Source: Halocafeteria seosinensis (lineage: Eukaryota). Taken from it: a DNA stretch of 50,899 nucleotides. The position numbers were made by a program, and so were the translations under genes. Positions within the stretch are counted from its first letter, which is position 1. Each line of letters starts with the position of its first letter. Below the pieces are notes generated by a model. That model worked only from the letters and a program-made list of their open reading frames with translations, did not search any database and was not told the DNA's origin. The stretch lies in the NCBI GenBank assembly GCA_001687465.1, contig LVLI01000638.1, forward strand, positions 1 to 50,899. The letters are read 5' to 3'. This document shows, one piece after another, positions 21,847 through 35,431 of this stretch.

Positions 21847-23919
21847 TTAAGTACCCCGGAGTACGACCGGAATCCAGCCGTGCTCTTGGTAGTATTTAAC
21901 TACAGTCCCTTCCTCTTCGCTGAGAAGTATGCCAGTTGCATTGTAGGAACGCTTGCCTCTTGATAAGGGTATTTGTATAAAACAGCGGATATTAGAACTT
22001 AATTGGAGATTTCCGCAGAAATTAATGCCGAATGCTATCCTTTCTTTATAGCTTCGGCGAGACCAATAGAGATGGCTCCAGACACTGCTATACACGAAGG
22101 CTCCATCAATGTGGTCTACCTCGATGTACTCCCAATTTTCTGCTTCTTGGGCTGGCTGCGAACAGATGTACGTCCCAGTGGTTAAGTTGTCCAGTAGCGT
22201 ACCGCATTCCGCTATTACTGCTCCCAGCTGGTCGGAAGCCTTCAATGCCTTCTTCAACCACCATTGAGAAACCGAGGTTTTAGGAGGGAGGAACACTACA
22301 TGCTCTGAGGCCGAGAGCAATGCGAACGACACAATACCGGCTTTCGGGAGCTGCCAGTTGTTCGACCTGAGGTACAGGATTTCCGGGAATTCGTTTAGAG
22401 CTTCCTCAACCTCCTCGTTTTCGAAAGCATCATACAGGAGTACTGATGTGAGTTCTCGGTCAATCCACTCGGCGAGGTGTAGCTGATGTACCAGGTTGCT
22501 ATATGTAGCATTACTGGCATCAATTATAACAAACACGTCTCCAGTGCGGAGGGTACGTTGAACCCCGTGCGCAATCTCGTTCATGTCCTCATCATGCAAT
22601 CGCTCCACGTGTTCGTTTACAAAGAGAAGGGGAACGGACTCCGTCGCTAATGATACAGAGACAGCACAATGTTCGATAATCTCTGCCGCGATTTCTGACG
22701 TCGCATTTGCTTTCATCAGATCCCGAGTACGTGCACGATCTTTTAGTTCACTGCTGTCGTACGTGAAGGCCCAGTACAAATCTTTGGCGGCTTGGCCTTC
22801 CGAAAGCAGCGTACCTAATACGAACTCTGGAACAGGTGGTTCTTGATGCGGTTTTACTGCAGCGGTAACTACAACAGTGTTAGCACCAAAGTATGGGGAA
22901 GCCGTAACCATAAAGTCGGCATCAGTGAGTATCCATGAAGCATCCAGAATCCTCTTTTTCAAACTCAACAAAGTGCTGTTTGTCACCAGTATCAGTGATG
23001 TCTCTGCCACATGGTGCTGGAAAAAGGCTTCCCTATAGGGGTCAAATATCCGCGTAACATCCAGTATGATAACCAGTTCCTTATGGTCATTCGATAAAGC
23101 AGAAAGAATATTGACTATTCGAAGCAGCATAGTATCTGTGTACCAATGACTCAAATACACCAGTACCAATGGGCTTGATTCCCTTCTGTCCGAAACGGGA
23201 GGGTTTGGCGTCATAAGTGGCAACAGGTCTGCTGTAGGATCTCCCCTCCATTTGATTCGATCTCTTCCTAGTTTTTCGTGCCTCAGTTCTTCGTACGCTT
23301 CCAGTGTAAATGGAATCGCCAAGGAAGAAAGAGCACTTATGGTTCTTCCACTTCCATCTCGTGCCGTCTTCCCATCTTGGAATCCTGATCGTAGTCCAGC
23401 TTGGAGCGATACCACCCGGATACGGAGCTGATAGCTCACGATGGAAACCAAGGAAGCGAATTCACTGTCTCCGTAAACAACGACGACGGCAGGTTCCAAG
23501 TCCTTTATCACGGTGCCTAAATCTGAAGGAAATATACCAGGGGAAATTGAAGTGACGGCTTCAGTGTCAAAGTTTGCTGCTCCAGAAAACACATCTAGTC
23601 TCCCTTTGAAGCGATCTGTTTCCTCCTCAGTAGAGCATCCTGCGCATAGTATTGACGTCTGGCATTCGCTACTATTATCCGGCAGGTTATAGAATTCCAC
23701 ACCAGGAAAGGAATTCGGATTTGTAGAGAGAGTGATCCTTTGCCTCCGTGCTCCACAAGGAAGTCTAGAGAGTTCTTTCGAGATAAATAGCGAGGTCCCC
23801 AGCTCCTCCAAAGGACCATCTACGTCTACTGCCACGAGTATTGTGAGAACCCCATCGTTGGCTTCGGCCAAGGCAGCTACATAAAGCAAGACATAAGCTA
23901 TCCAACAAGAGAGATACAT
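21847..23919 (-). CDS. Secreted or membrane protein with a degenerate UDP-GlcNAc 2-epimerase-like (GT-B) domain and a C-terminal glycosyltransferase-like region; intronless
   Basis: Hydrophobic N-terminal signal; PAVVVVYGDS...RIRVVSLQAGLRSG resembles WecB P..VLVHGDT...IPV.HVEAGLRT; WILTDA at the WecB LTDSGG position. Confidence 0.65.
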   Translation of the reverse strand: MYLSCWIAYVLLYVAALAEANDGVLTILVAVDVDGPLEELGTSLFISKELSRLPCGARRQRITLSTNPNSFPGVEFYNLPDNSSECQTSILCAGCSTEEETDRFKGRLDVFSGAANFDTEAVTSISPGIFPSDLGTVIKDLEPAVVVVYGDSEFASLVSIVSYQLRIRVVSLQAGLRSGFQDGKTARDGSGRTISALSSLAIPFTLEAYEELRHEKLGRDRIKWRGDPTADLLPLMTPNPPVSDRRESSPLVLVYLSHWYTDTMLLRIVNILSALSNDHKELVIILDVTRIFDPYREAFFQHHVAETSLILVTNSTLLSLKKRILDASWILTDADFMVTASPYFGANTVVVTAAVKPHQEPPVPEFVLGTLLSEGQAAKDLYWAFTYDSSELKDRARTRDLMKANATSEIAAEIIEHCAVSVSLATESVPLLFVNEHVERLHDEDMNEIAHGVQRTLRTGDVFVIIDASNATYSNLVHQLHLAEWIDRELTSVLLYDAFENEEVEEALNEFPEILYLRSNNWQLPKAGIVSFALLSASEHVVFLPPKTSVSQWWLKKALKASDQLGAVIAECGTLLDNLTTGTYICSQPAQEAENWEYIEVDHIDGAFVYSSVWSHLYWSRRSYKERIAFGINFCGNLQLSSNIRCFIQIPLSRGKRSYNATGILLSEEEGTVVKYYQEHGWIPVVLRGT

Positions 23920-24454
23920 GTTCCCGTATGCAACGGGTTACAAAGCTTTACAACTTTTCCATACTTTGTAGGGGTATGTATCATCAATGATCATTACCGT
24001 AGAGTCGGCCACAACGATACCAAGCTGCATGTATTAGTGTCTTCAAAGTGTGTGTGGTTTTCAGCTACTGGTATGGCTTGCATCGATTGATACGGCAAAC
24101 AATGCTTTTCTGTATGAATATTGTCCTATGCAAGTTTTATATGCATTCGGTCCATTTCTGGCCCAGCTTGCGAGTTCACAATTTCTTCAGAATAGACCGC
24201 CGCCGCTCTTCGACAAGTATCCTGCAACTGACTACACTTGTCAAGCCTTCCTGTATACTGGAGGGCCGTAACTGTTGCAATCTACAATTCTTTGTTGTTG
24301 CATCCTCCTCAAAGCTTTCGACTAGGACGACCAAGGGCTGTCGACAGGAATTTGCAATTTCGTGCAGTTAGAGTGTGCCAAACTGAAACCTGTGGAAACC
24401 GACTTTAAGTTCCATGCAGCAGCTCCAGACTGTAGTCCAGAGCTCCCTTTCAGT

Positions 24455-25392
24455 CTAAGAGTTTCCGGATGACGTCTGTTCGGTTTGTTCGGTTTGTTCA
24501 CTGGACTGTTGACTGAGCAGTTGAGAACCCAATGGAGAGTTGACGCTGGGTGAGTATTCTGAACACAATGTGGGTGATTGTGCTGCCAGTCGTGCTTTTG
24601 GCTCACTCGTTGTAGTTACCCACGTAGACCTCCGTATGGAGCTTTGCCGCACATTTCGTGGGGGGTCTGTACGCGAAACGCTGGAAACAATAGACGACCG
24701 CTGAACGGGGCAGTCAGCAGCACCAGGATTGTGTTGCTCTCGTAAAAATAGTCCAACAGGTTCATTGAAATCAGCACAATGTATAGGAAGCGTTCCGTCC
24801 TGCGGTTGGCAGGTGTGTAACGAAGAGGGAAGTAACAGTAAGGTGTTTTCTGAGCGATACGTACTCCGGCTTCGATCCATAGATCGGCTCCGGTTTCGAC
24901 CAAAAGTTGGGTAATTGGGAGACTTTCATTAAGTGCAGCATAATGTAAGGGACTCCAACCTCCCTGCAACTATCGCCAATGTACGCATATCCATCAGTTG
25001 ACGAGCTATATCCGTGGGTAGCTTACCTTATCCTGTTTGTTAACCAGCATCTTGTAATTGAATTCGAAGAGCAGACTTCGAGTAAGCTGCTCGTCCATCA
25101 AGTTTATAGCAACATGCAACGGATTCGCCCCGTTCTGCCACACGAGTCAATGGCAAATGTCAGCTAGTTGCATTTTCGGATTTACTCTCTGCGTACTTAC
25201 TCCCAGATCTATATCGGCACAACCACTTTCATCGTAGCTGAGCAGAATCCGCCGACAAGCATCATTTACCGTTCCTTTTTTCAGCGAATATCGCACGGCG
25301 GCAACTTCTGCCGCAGTCGAATGCTCGCATATCCTTCTAGCTTCTGGGGACGGACCCCCAGCAGCGTTCTCGTCCTCCCCGGTATTCGCCAT
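24455..25392 (-). CDS. Ankyrin-repeat protein; multi-exon, exact 3' end uncertain
   Basis: Spliced repeats NGANPLHVAI...VNKQDK|GGWSPLHYAALNESLPITQLLVETGAD...|DGTLPIHCA. Confidence 0.75.
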
Positions 25393-26054
25393 TCCCGGGA
25401 TTTCGCGGTACCCTCACTCCTTATTCACGAGGTGCTTTTTGAAACAGTGTATCCACCCTTAAAAAGCCACCTCCAATGGAGGGAGTTGGAGACAAGAAAA
25501 TGATCCGAGAATACTCTGTCTTCGATTATGGAGATGGTATTCTCTGGACGGGTGGTGAAGAAACGATTCCGACAGAGAACAACAATGGATGTACGCAAAT
25601 TACCACAGTCGTTTTCTTTCAACGCACACGCATGACGTGCAGCTCCTCGGAACAACCCATCGTGACATTCCCAGGGAACTTCCTTGACAACAGCTGCGTA
25701 GTACCTGGGGTAGGACGTCGGCCCTGTGTATCCTCAGTTCTGTGAAGCGCGGTACTGGCTGCAGCGCCGAGCACTGCCGTAGCAGTGTAATCAATGGCAG
25801 TACAAGATCCTTTCGAACATGCAGGAGGCTGCGATATGGTTAGAACGGATTCATCCTGCAAACCTGCATGGTGGTGGATGGGATGTATCTGGATCAATAT
25901 AACTACCGTAACTTTGCAAGGTGGGGCTATGAAGCACAGGTTGGAATTGTCACGAAGTGGCATATTTCGTTACCAACAAGGTACTACGCGAAAAAAGCGA
26001 AAGGGGAGCGGGAAAAACCGATAAGAGCTGTACTACAATGATCTAAGGATACGC

Positions 26055-29000
26055 TTAGAAGGATGAGAACCAGGAGTGGAACGGAATGAACCCAGACTCC
26101 GTCGCTGAACCGGACGATTCATCAAACGTAGAAGCTGGGGCCGTTCCCAGGAAATTGCATAGTGCCTCGTGACAAGATTTTACTTGCGCGCACATCTGTT
26201 CATCCAATTGCCTATCGGCCGCACATATCACCTCGCACAGTCTCGGATTACCCTTCAACACGTGCAACGATCTCATCAAGAAACTATGTAGTAGCCGGCA
26301 GTCCACAGATAACGACTGACTTCCTCCAAGTATACCGCTGGAAACCCTTAGAGCGGATTCAAGCTCCTGAATCAGCATCGATTCCGCCAAGCATAGTACC
26401 AACAGGCGCCATCCTTTGCTTTCCACTTCTTCAAGATGGAAGTAAAGACTGCGCAGGGCCCTGATAACGGATGAAAAGGCACTCGAATTCGACCACACGC
26501 TTACTGGCCAATACTTTACTAGCGTGAGTGCCGTAGACGATGCAAGAACTGGTGATTCCCCAGCATGTTCTGCCTCAGAAAGAATAGCACCAACGGAGCC
26601 AACAGCACATATCTCTTGTAGAGCTTGTCTTCTTGCCTGATCGATTTCAATCTTCGCAGCAAGAAGCATAATGTGATAGTATTCTCTCTCCGAAAGGATA
26701 AGCGACGGAATGCCCTTACACACAGCTTTTAGCCACGTTAAGTCTGCCTCACGAAGTTCTTGCCGCAAAATACTGTTCTGTAATATTGTAACAACTGCGC
26801 TGTAACATTGTTCCTTCAGTGCTTGTTCCACAGGAGGAGCAGAGAATACGATACCATTTATTCGTATTCCTACAGTAGATGATGATGATACCGTATGTAT
26901 TCGTGATTCCAGAATGAGATATTCTAACTGGGAAGAGACTGCTTCAGGTGGTAGTCTGGAAAGCGATAGTATGGCGTCTCTGGACACACTTCCAGTAAAC
27001 GCACTGCTTTCCATTTCGGAAAAAGTGCGGCATGCTCTCCGCATAATGAGTGTTAGAAGGGCTTCGACCCGTGGTTTAAACTGCGGGTTGTCCCAGTAGG
27101 TGTCCTTTATAGCCTCATTTAAATGGATCGTCGCGTCCTCAAAATTGTTACATGCAGATGGTAGAATTGCACTGGAATCATCCGGTAACAGTCGTTCAAG
27201 CAAAATTTTCTCACTATCTTGAGTCATTTCGCTAACCAGATACTGAAGATCTTTTCGAACATGTTCATCTTCGGACTCGATCAACCGGTGCAACTCCGCC
27301 TTAATGTCACTGGGGTGAACATTTACATGAGCGCATTGATGTATAAAAGGTTCCTTCGAGTCTCCACAACATTTCATAAGCACAAAGAGAGCATTGTCGA
27401 GGTCTAGTTTCAAAATTCCTTCAAATGAGTACTCTTGTTCTCTACTGCACATAATCGAACTAAGCCTTTGCGCGAGTTGAGAAGCATCTGCTTCCAGCAG
27501 CTGCAGTGCAAGTGTTTCTAAAGCCTTTCTCAGCAGGAAAGTAATTCCACCAAGAAAAATGCTAGAAATATTTTCGTCGTTCATACCTACCAGTTCTACG
27601 TGAATAGATCCACCGGAGGACTGTTCGATCTCTTCTTGCGTAGCCTCCCCCAAGGCCGCTTTCAGCTCGAGTATGGTGTTTTGCAGATTTTCGCGTAGAG
27701 CTTGGTAGACCAAAATTGCGCCGAAGGACTTCTTTAAACAGGATTTAAGAGAGACAAACTCGTTTTCGCGTTCAGCTGTGAGAAGAAAGCACTTGTCCCA
27801 TTGTCTTAAGGAATCGATGTTCACAGAATGCCTCTGAAACTTCTCCTCTATCGTCAGTACATATTGGCACTCACGACTGACTAAGCTTTCTTCGCCAATA
27901 TACGTACTCAAGAGGCAGACTAACCGTTTTAGGAGCTGAACCGATTTCCTAATCCTGCTCTTGTCCTCCTCAGTAATGATGATCTGACTATACCAATCGG
28001 GAGTCTCTTGTACACAAGACGATCCATCGAGCCGCGTCTCCTCGACCAGCGAGTCCTTGAACCTTTTGATCCAGAACTTGTACGAGCCCGTCCCAACAAA
28101 TGAAAGGAGACGGATAGCAGAGTTCTTTTGTAGCGTCTTCCTTTTCATCTGTAACTGGATATATTCGGTAGGCTTTGACGACTGCGTGATGAAACCTAAC
28201 GATAGCATTTCAGAGAACGAAAATTTATTGGGCCTGGACAAAATTGCAGAGGGCAGAGATCTGGTCAATTCAGCGGACTCGAGGCTCAGACCCAAATCTG
28301 TAGCCTTCATTCTAACGAGATTGGAGAGTACTTCCCCGAGGGCTTCGCAAATAACAGCAGCCCCCACTTTTTTGGATAGTGCCAAGCCGTTCAGTATTTT
28401 AACGCCGGTAGCATACGCACCCTTCAAAAGTTCATCAAAATCCTCAACAGGGATATCTTCCCACATTAACGTGGGAAGACCGATAGCTCTTTTCACATCA
28501 ACTTCTATTCCAAGCTTGGCCACTTTCGCAACGACGTCCTTCAAAGAGAGAGGACGAGTATTCTCGCCGAATCTAATTTTCACTCGCAGAATACTCAAAA
28601 GGGGAAGCTCAACATTAATGCTTTCACAAAAAGAGAGGAGTTGTTGCAAAGTCTGATGATTCGTCCCATCGCAGACTTCCCACATTTTGCATATCAAATT
28701 GAATGCTAAGTTCGGGTATTCGCGACAGCAATCCAATATTGCATGGCCCATAGCGTCAGAAAAATCTTCCTCTGCCAAGGATGATGCTGCGACACCTACC
28801 ATCATACCACATGAGCAAGATAATTTTTCTTCTCTCGATTTCAGACATTGATATGCTAAGTGTAACTGTTCCAGCGTCTTGACCTGGACCGCCCAAGAGG
28901 AGAACACAAAAATCCCATACAGACGCATTATCAAGCTAGGACCTTCCAGTAACATCTCTGCAACTTCTGAGATAAACGGTTCTGCGGGGTTCGAATAATT

Positions 29001-32000
29001 CCCGTCGAGTGAATCATTGAGTAGCACCGCAAGAATCAGATTTTTCCACGGTAGCCACACCATGTCATTTATCTCTTCCCCAAGGAGAGTTGAAGAACTT
29101 GTAATAGGTACAGAGAGTACTCTAACCAGAGGAGCTACTTCTTCGATTTGGTACGACTCCTCAGAGTGACGTGATCTGATAGTTGGATGCTCAAACGCGA
29201 CATAAACTAATTCTTCGTTCAAAATGTGTTCCCCTACCAGACTATCTCCAACGGAACATTCCACCAAACCCTGTGCTGACATATACCGCCAAACACGGGA
29301 TGATTCAATATACTGGCTCTTTGATACTTGAAACTGCTCGACGTTCTCTGAAGGAGACACTGCTTCATAGATAACATCATTCGTGAATTCTTCCCGAAGC
29401 TCGTTTAGCCAAGAACATAAGAGTTCGTTAAGACTGCGGTCGTCCATCAGCGCCATTACACCAACCGCAGCATTTGTATCATATGCGGCCAATGGTTGAA
29501 CGTTCTTCGATAACTGTTCATTAGGCCTGTCGTTCTTCCACGCTTTCGAATTAGACATAGATTGGTTTAGCCAGAAATTGAGGCGAATTTGTGACTCAAC
29601 TCTGGCACGGAAATACTCCTCTCCAATGATCGGAGATAAACTGTGGGACAGAAACGGATGGTTCATAAACTCATTCACTCTGTTTGTTTCCTTGCCGGGA
29701 TGAATCCCTTTGTCTGAATATGTTAACAACAGTTCGGCTACATTCTCGTATAACCTCTTCATAATTTGCAGGTACTGAGGTGAGCATAATCCAGAGCAAG
29801 TATTAATTAACGACGTGACTTCGCAAAATAAATCTGTTGCCAAGTCGCCAGATGCACCTAACAAACCTGTGACCAAGGTAAATAATTCTAGTAGTTTCTC
29901 TGTCACAGCATCCTCCAAAACTTCTTCCTCTGAAAAAAGGAGCAATTGCCGGAGCGCTCTCAAGCATGTAAGCATTTCGGATGTATGTTGTCGTATCACC
30001 AGCTGCTTCCCCAATTCAATGAGAATAGCCACCTGCGACCGGCGAGGAAACTTGCATATGATCCCCTCGTCTATAGAATCCACGAGCATCGACATATCTT
30101 GCGAACCAGGGTAGAATGGAACGACCATGTCTGTATCCTCTGATGCGATGCCACGAGCCTCTAACAATGAACGATAGCATTGAGAGCGAAGAATGGAATC
30201 ATTCGCAAACGCTTCCTCATCAGATACATGCTCTTTTGACGCACCGGGTGAAGAAGTTTGGAATGAAAATATGGACAATGGATTAAACAGAGGACCTAGA
30301 CTGCTTGATGACCACGTTGGAACCCGCTTGTTGTTCTCGTTGTCGTCCAACACTGCATATAGAGCAGGTGATGCTTCGTCGCCCCCAGCAAGTACACCTA
30401 ATGACTTAAACTGCTGGGTAATCAGGCGGTACTCATTATGGTCTCTAAACGTTTCAACCATGTCATCACGTTGCCACGGCCATTGCTTCTCAAACACACA
30501 GTGAAAGAGCTCTTCCCATTCCACACATTCTAAATCTAGCATAAGACAGCAAATCGTATGAGCACCTATCGAGGGTTGTTGCACCATATCAATGGCTTTA
30601 TCGAAAAGTGATACGAGCTCTTGCGCATCTTTAAGGACATTGTTTGCTACCGCAGTCGAGACAGCTTCATAAAGAGGAGAAAGATACGCTAACTGCTGCA
30701 GCTTCCTTGGTTTATTCCTCATGGCTCTAACTTCACCTTCCAGTGGAGTAACTATATCGACAACCGTTTCGCTGATGTACAGTAAGTGCTCCGGAAGTTC
30801 TTTAAAATCAACGTACGGGATTTGTCTCACGCGTCGACGTAGCCAACAAGATATTCCATGAAGCACACCAGATACCATAGAGTCATCTGCAGGACCGAAA
30901 AAGGAGGTGGAAAGTGCTCAGAACAAGTACAAATGGAACCTGTGCGTACCTTTGACAGTATATGCTGAGGAAAAAAGCTGTTGGCAGTAATCCAGCAGTG
31001 TGGCCGGGCATGAATACTCAAGAAGCATATCGCAAATGTCTCCAACAAGGGCTGTTGTAGGGAAAATGGGGGCAGCCAACACAAAGCGAGTGAAGGTAAG
31101 CGGTAGTTGAAGAACGAAGGAGGTATCATAATCATCATCACCATTCTCCTCCTTAGTGGCCATCAAGCTATTCATAATACAAATTAGGTAGTACCGCAAA
31201 CCATCACACATCTCCTTCAACAGACAGTGGACCTCCAACTTCCCCAGCAAGTGGGACACAACTGAGTCCGAAGAGAAGGAACATATGTCTGTATCCACGT
31301 ACGACATGTTTGCCAAGTTTTCTAGAATAATTTCACTTGACCCGCTGCACTGTGTTACGTCGATCGTTCGTTTCGAGCAGCTCAAATTGCATGACTGCAT
31401 CAATATGCACACCGCAAAGTGCTGCATGCGGTAGCTACTCGCGCTGAGCTCTTTCGACGTGTCATCGAGTGGTATTTCTTGCCGGGCGTCACACACCTCA
31501 GTCCACCTCTCCGCTAAGAAGATGGTGTTTTCTAGAAGCTCTATCACACGATCGTCGGTGAGATCGCCCAGTGTATTCACCAAGCGATGAGCCTCTTCTA
31601 TAGAGGAACTACTCAGTCCATCTGCGCATAATATTGTCTGTACGACCTCACGAACAGCACGTTCTCGGTTCCACACAGAAGAGTTATAAGAAAGAAGAGA
31701 ATTATCACTTATCAACTCATTCAAAAGTTCAAAGCGAATTTGGCTCTCGTTGCGCTCCCCGAGAGCAGCTTGTAGCGCACTTTCTGCTCCTGCAACGTTT
31801 CCTTCATTCAAAGACCGCTTGATAAATCTCCTCACGGATGCAGGGGACCATTTATCAGCAAATAAGTGCATTACATTGTCAGGATCGAAGTAGACTAACT
31901 CTTTAAACGGTAACAACGTAAGGGAAGAACCCGCGTCGCCTCCATAAGTCAGCAGAGGTGCATCGCGTTGTCGCCGAAGGCTCATACCCATCTCATCCTG

Positions 32001-34607
32001 GTACCAATTTGCCACTACACCACTTACTGTCCGGAACTCATCAGCAAAGAAAAAATGATCCTCTGGAAGAAGATCGGTAAGCGTATCCACAAGGGCATCA
32101 AGGGGCGACCCTTCTTCAGGTAAAGTCCTTTCCAGTGTCAAATCAAGTTCATTCAATAGCGACGCATAATAGAGCACAATACCACTGACCGACTCTTGGA
32201 CACCAAACAAGTATCCCTGATTGCATGTTGAGGGCGTATGCTTTCGAAGACTGCCGCAATTGAGAACCCAAAGCGCGAGACATCTTGGCGCAGCACCAAA
32301 GGATCCCCAAGCAGAACATGAAGTTCTTCCAACGTACTCTTGTAGGGTGGTACACTTTGGTGATTCAGTTACACGCATACTTTGTTGAGAGCGCAATAAA
32401 GGGTCGGTTGCAAAAGAGCACATTGAGATTCTTCGAGGCTCTTCTGAAGAACGCTGACACGACGGGAACTCAAACGTGTTTCTGAGAGGAACTCCAAGAT
32501 TTTTAGACATCCGATAGTATCTCATTCTGTAAAGAGCTTCAAGATCAGGTTGTGGAGGAGTCTCTTGCATATTGTTACTATAGGAGGGTGTATCCAACAT
32601 ATGCGCCAGTAATGAAGCTACTGCAACATCGAGGACACAGCCATGCCATCCATAGATTTGGTACACCTCCTCCAAATAGCGGATGTACGAAGAGAATAGA
32701 GTTGTCTCAGAGAGTCTGTTCAATGCTTTACCCAATCCCAAGGCAGCACTGATAGAATGAGCGCGGCAAGCGGAGTTAATGCTCCCCAAGTCCAAGAAGC
32801 CATAGCTACATAATTTCCATGTTAGATCAACGACCCATACCACGCCATTATTATTCTGAGCCGCCAACGATTCCTGCATCGACTTCACGGTCGGCCACAC
32901 TTGAACATCCATATCATGCACCCTCACAACAAAGGAATTGAGTTCTCGCGCATACGCTGGCATAACCTTACCCAGCTTGAAAGGGTCGCTCAACTCGCTT
33001 ACTACCTGAGTGTCGATGCGCAGCGTAGGTCTCCTTATTCCCATCTTTGAGTACCGAAGATCCAATCCTGAACTCAAGTATTGCCATTGAGTGCTTCCTT
33101 GAAGAGCGAGTATTTGGTAGAGCGGAGAATTCTCCGTTAAAGAAGCCACTGTTGGAGTAATTGCTAACGTGAGGGCGTCGTTATCTAATCCGCAATCATA
33201 AATATCTTCGGAGCAAAGAATGTTGCAAGAAAGCTGTCTTTCTGCTATGCGAAACGCTATCGATCCCTTACCGCTGCCTATCACGATTCCAGTACTGTCG
33301 TCGATCCACTCAAAGACGGGGGCACTGATTGGTCGCGTTGAAGAGCGTCGTACACTGAAAGGGCTCCTTAGATTGTTAAAGTCGACAAAAGAAAAATCGC
33401 CCGTGGTAGTTGAAAGTGCTGTTAAGAAGCCTTCTGTTTGTAATCGTATAGCGGAGGGCACGGAGCTACCAATGTACGCGGGTAGAAGCGTAAACTCGTG
33501 TGGCCTCGTGAAGAAACGAACAAGCCCAAAAAAATACCGATTTTGCGTCTTCTTACGTCTAAAAAGGCTCGATGCTTTTGAAGATTTAGCGTTCTCAACT
33601 AACGTAGCCAAGGGAGCATCATCATTAGTCTTAGGCGACCAATGCGCAGAGCTCACTGACGACATGTCGAATTCGGACATGAGAGTCGGCTCAGTGTCAT
33701 CACTAGCACTGCCTGGTATCCAGAAGAAGCGACAAAGTTGAGTAGAGTCATGACCTGGGCGGTCAAGTACCAAACCTCCGACTACAAGCACATATCCGAT
33801 ACTCCCGCTTACTCGATAGGATCCCACATCCGCAGCCGTCACCAAAGTGAAACCTACAGATACGACAAAATGTTTATGCATTTTCGTTTCGCTGGCATCT
33901 AAGTCCAGACTATGACGCCAAATACGCCCAGATGCTGTCAAAGTAGTTAAACTCATCGAGATAGGAATACCAGCATGCGTGAAAGAGGCACTTTCCGGCT
34001 TCGCATGGACGAGAATCGGCTGATCTTGGTAGTACGGTGCGTTCCAAGGCACTTCTTGGGACCCTACAACGCAGACGGCTTGTCCCGATCCTCTTCTCAC
34101 GGTGTATATAGCACCTCCTGTAGTAGATACAAAAACGAACAGACCACTCGCGTCCTTGCTGGCCGATGTAGGAACAAATTCTAAATCCGGAGGTATGGTT
34201 ACAGGCCAAGATACTAGATAATTCTCAGACTGGCGTCTCCAGTTGATTGACTTTTGTGTCACGACTGCCACCAGCGTATCTCCCTGCTCTGGCTGGTCAG
34301 ATGCACCCTCTGTCGAACCCTCGAATGTTAGCAAGCGGGCCTCAGGATAGGAGGCGCCTAGCACGTGCTTCAGTAAAGAGACATTTTTCCATACTTGAGT
34401 TGCTCGTTTGCAGAAGAAGAATGCACGTTCCACGGCATCTCCAAAGGCCGACGACCACGTTTTCTCCTCTCCTTGGAAAGCTGCACTATCATCATCAGTG
34501 CCTACTTCGTATGAATGTCTGCCTTGCTGTGGGGTGTGATAATGTCCGTATAAAGTCTCATGTCCAATCGTCACAGGTTCCACGTCCGATTGGTTCATGC
34601 CACTCAA
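26055..34607 (-). CDS. ~2829-aa protein, predicted N-terminal beta-rich (propeller) region plus alpha-solenoid; NBAS/Sec39- or ROD-like architecture (tentative)
   Basis: The 1229-aa and 1607-aa ORFs are joined in frame by one 63-nt phase-1 intron (30887-30949; AAAG|GTACGC...CTGCAG|AT). The family assignment is speculative. Confidence 0.7.
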
Positions 34608-34932
34608 AGCATTCTAGAAACGCATGCAGCTTACACACCAGATTCCGTAGAGAAGTATTCCTCCATGCCGTACAATCGATCCTATCGTCCTTACCTCTTC
34701 TCTCAGCCAGGAGAAAAGAACTCCAATTGATCATGTGATCATGATTCATGCAACCTGTAAGTCGACGGAAAGATTGTCGTTTTCACCAAGTTCAAGGAGG
34801 AGACCACTAGGTGCTACTAGTAGGTAGTGTGTAACATGGTGAATTATTGGTTGTCAACAACACATACAGTGTGATAGCTTTAGCACTGTACTATCACAGA
34901 CTTCGCACTCGCTTTTCTGTGAGGGGAGCAAA

Positions 34933-35431
34933 ATGTCGCAAAAGGAACTCGACCCCGTTAGCGCAGGTACGTGAGCTTCACAACCGAATCAACGGAAATC
35001 CTCGTAAGGCTGTATGGAGCTCTCCCGAGCGTATTTGGTGCAGACCACAACCAGAGAGATCGGATTAAGAAGGAAATACAGTCACAGTTAAAGTTCCCGG
35101 TGGAATGGGGGTCGTTAATGGAAGGAGAAAATAAACCGGCCCCGTGCATTGAAGATGAAATTGCTCGCAAACGTGAACAGTATTACCAATTAAAGGACGA
35201 ACTCGCACATGAGAAACTCGGTGAAACAGAAGTGCAAAAGATGAATCTACATCCACATTCCCTGGATGACAAGTAAGTGCTGGGGTTTAGACGTTGTGGA
35301 GCAACCATTGGGCCGTCGAATACGATGTGCGTTTTGCGCGCCACGCACCGTACAGATATGTGTCGCCCTCTGAGACGAAGAAGAAGCGTTGGAAAAAATT
35401 ACAGAAAACTATGCTAGAAGAAGGAGCTTGA
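34933..35431 (+). CDS. Small 3-exon protein, possibly CIMIP1/C20orf85-like ciliary microtubule inner protein
   Basis: Spliced N-terminus MSQKELDPVSA|DHNQRDRIKKEIQSQLKFPVEWGSL resembles the recalled V..D.IW..R.K.E.....WP..WGFL motif; ends MLEEGA*. Confidence 0.55.
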
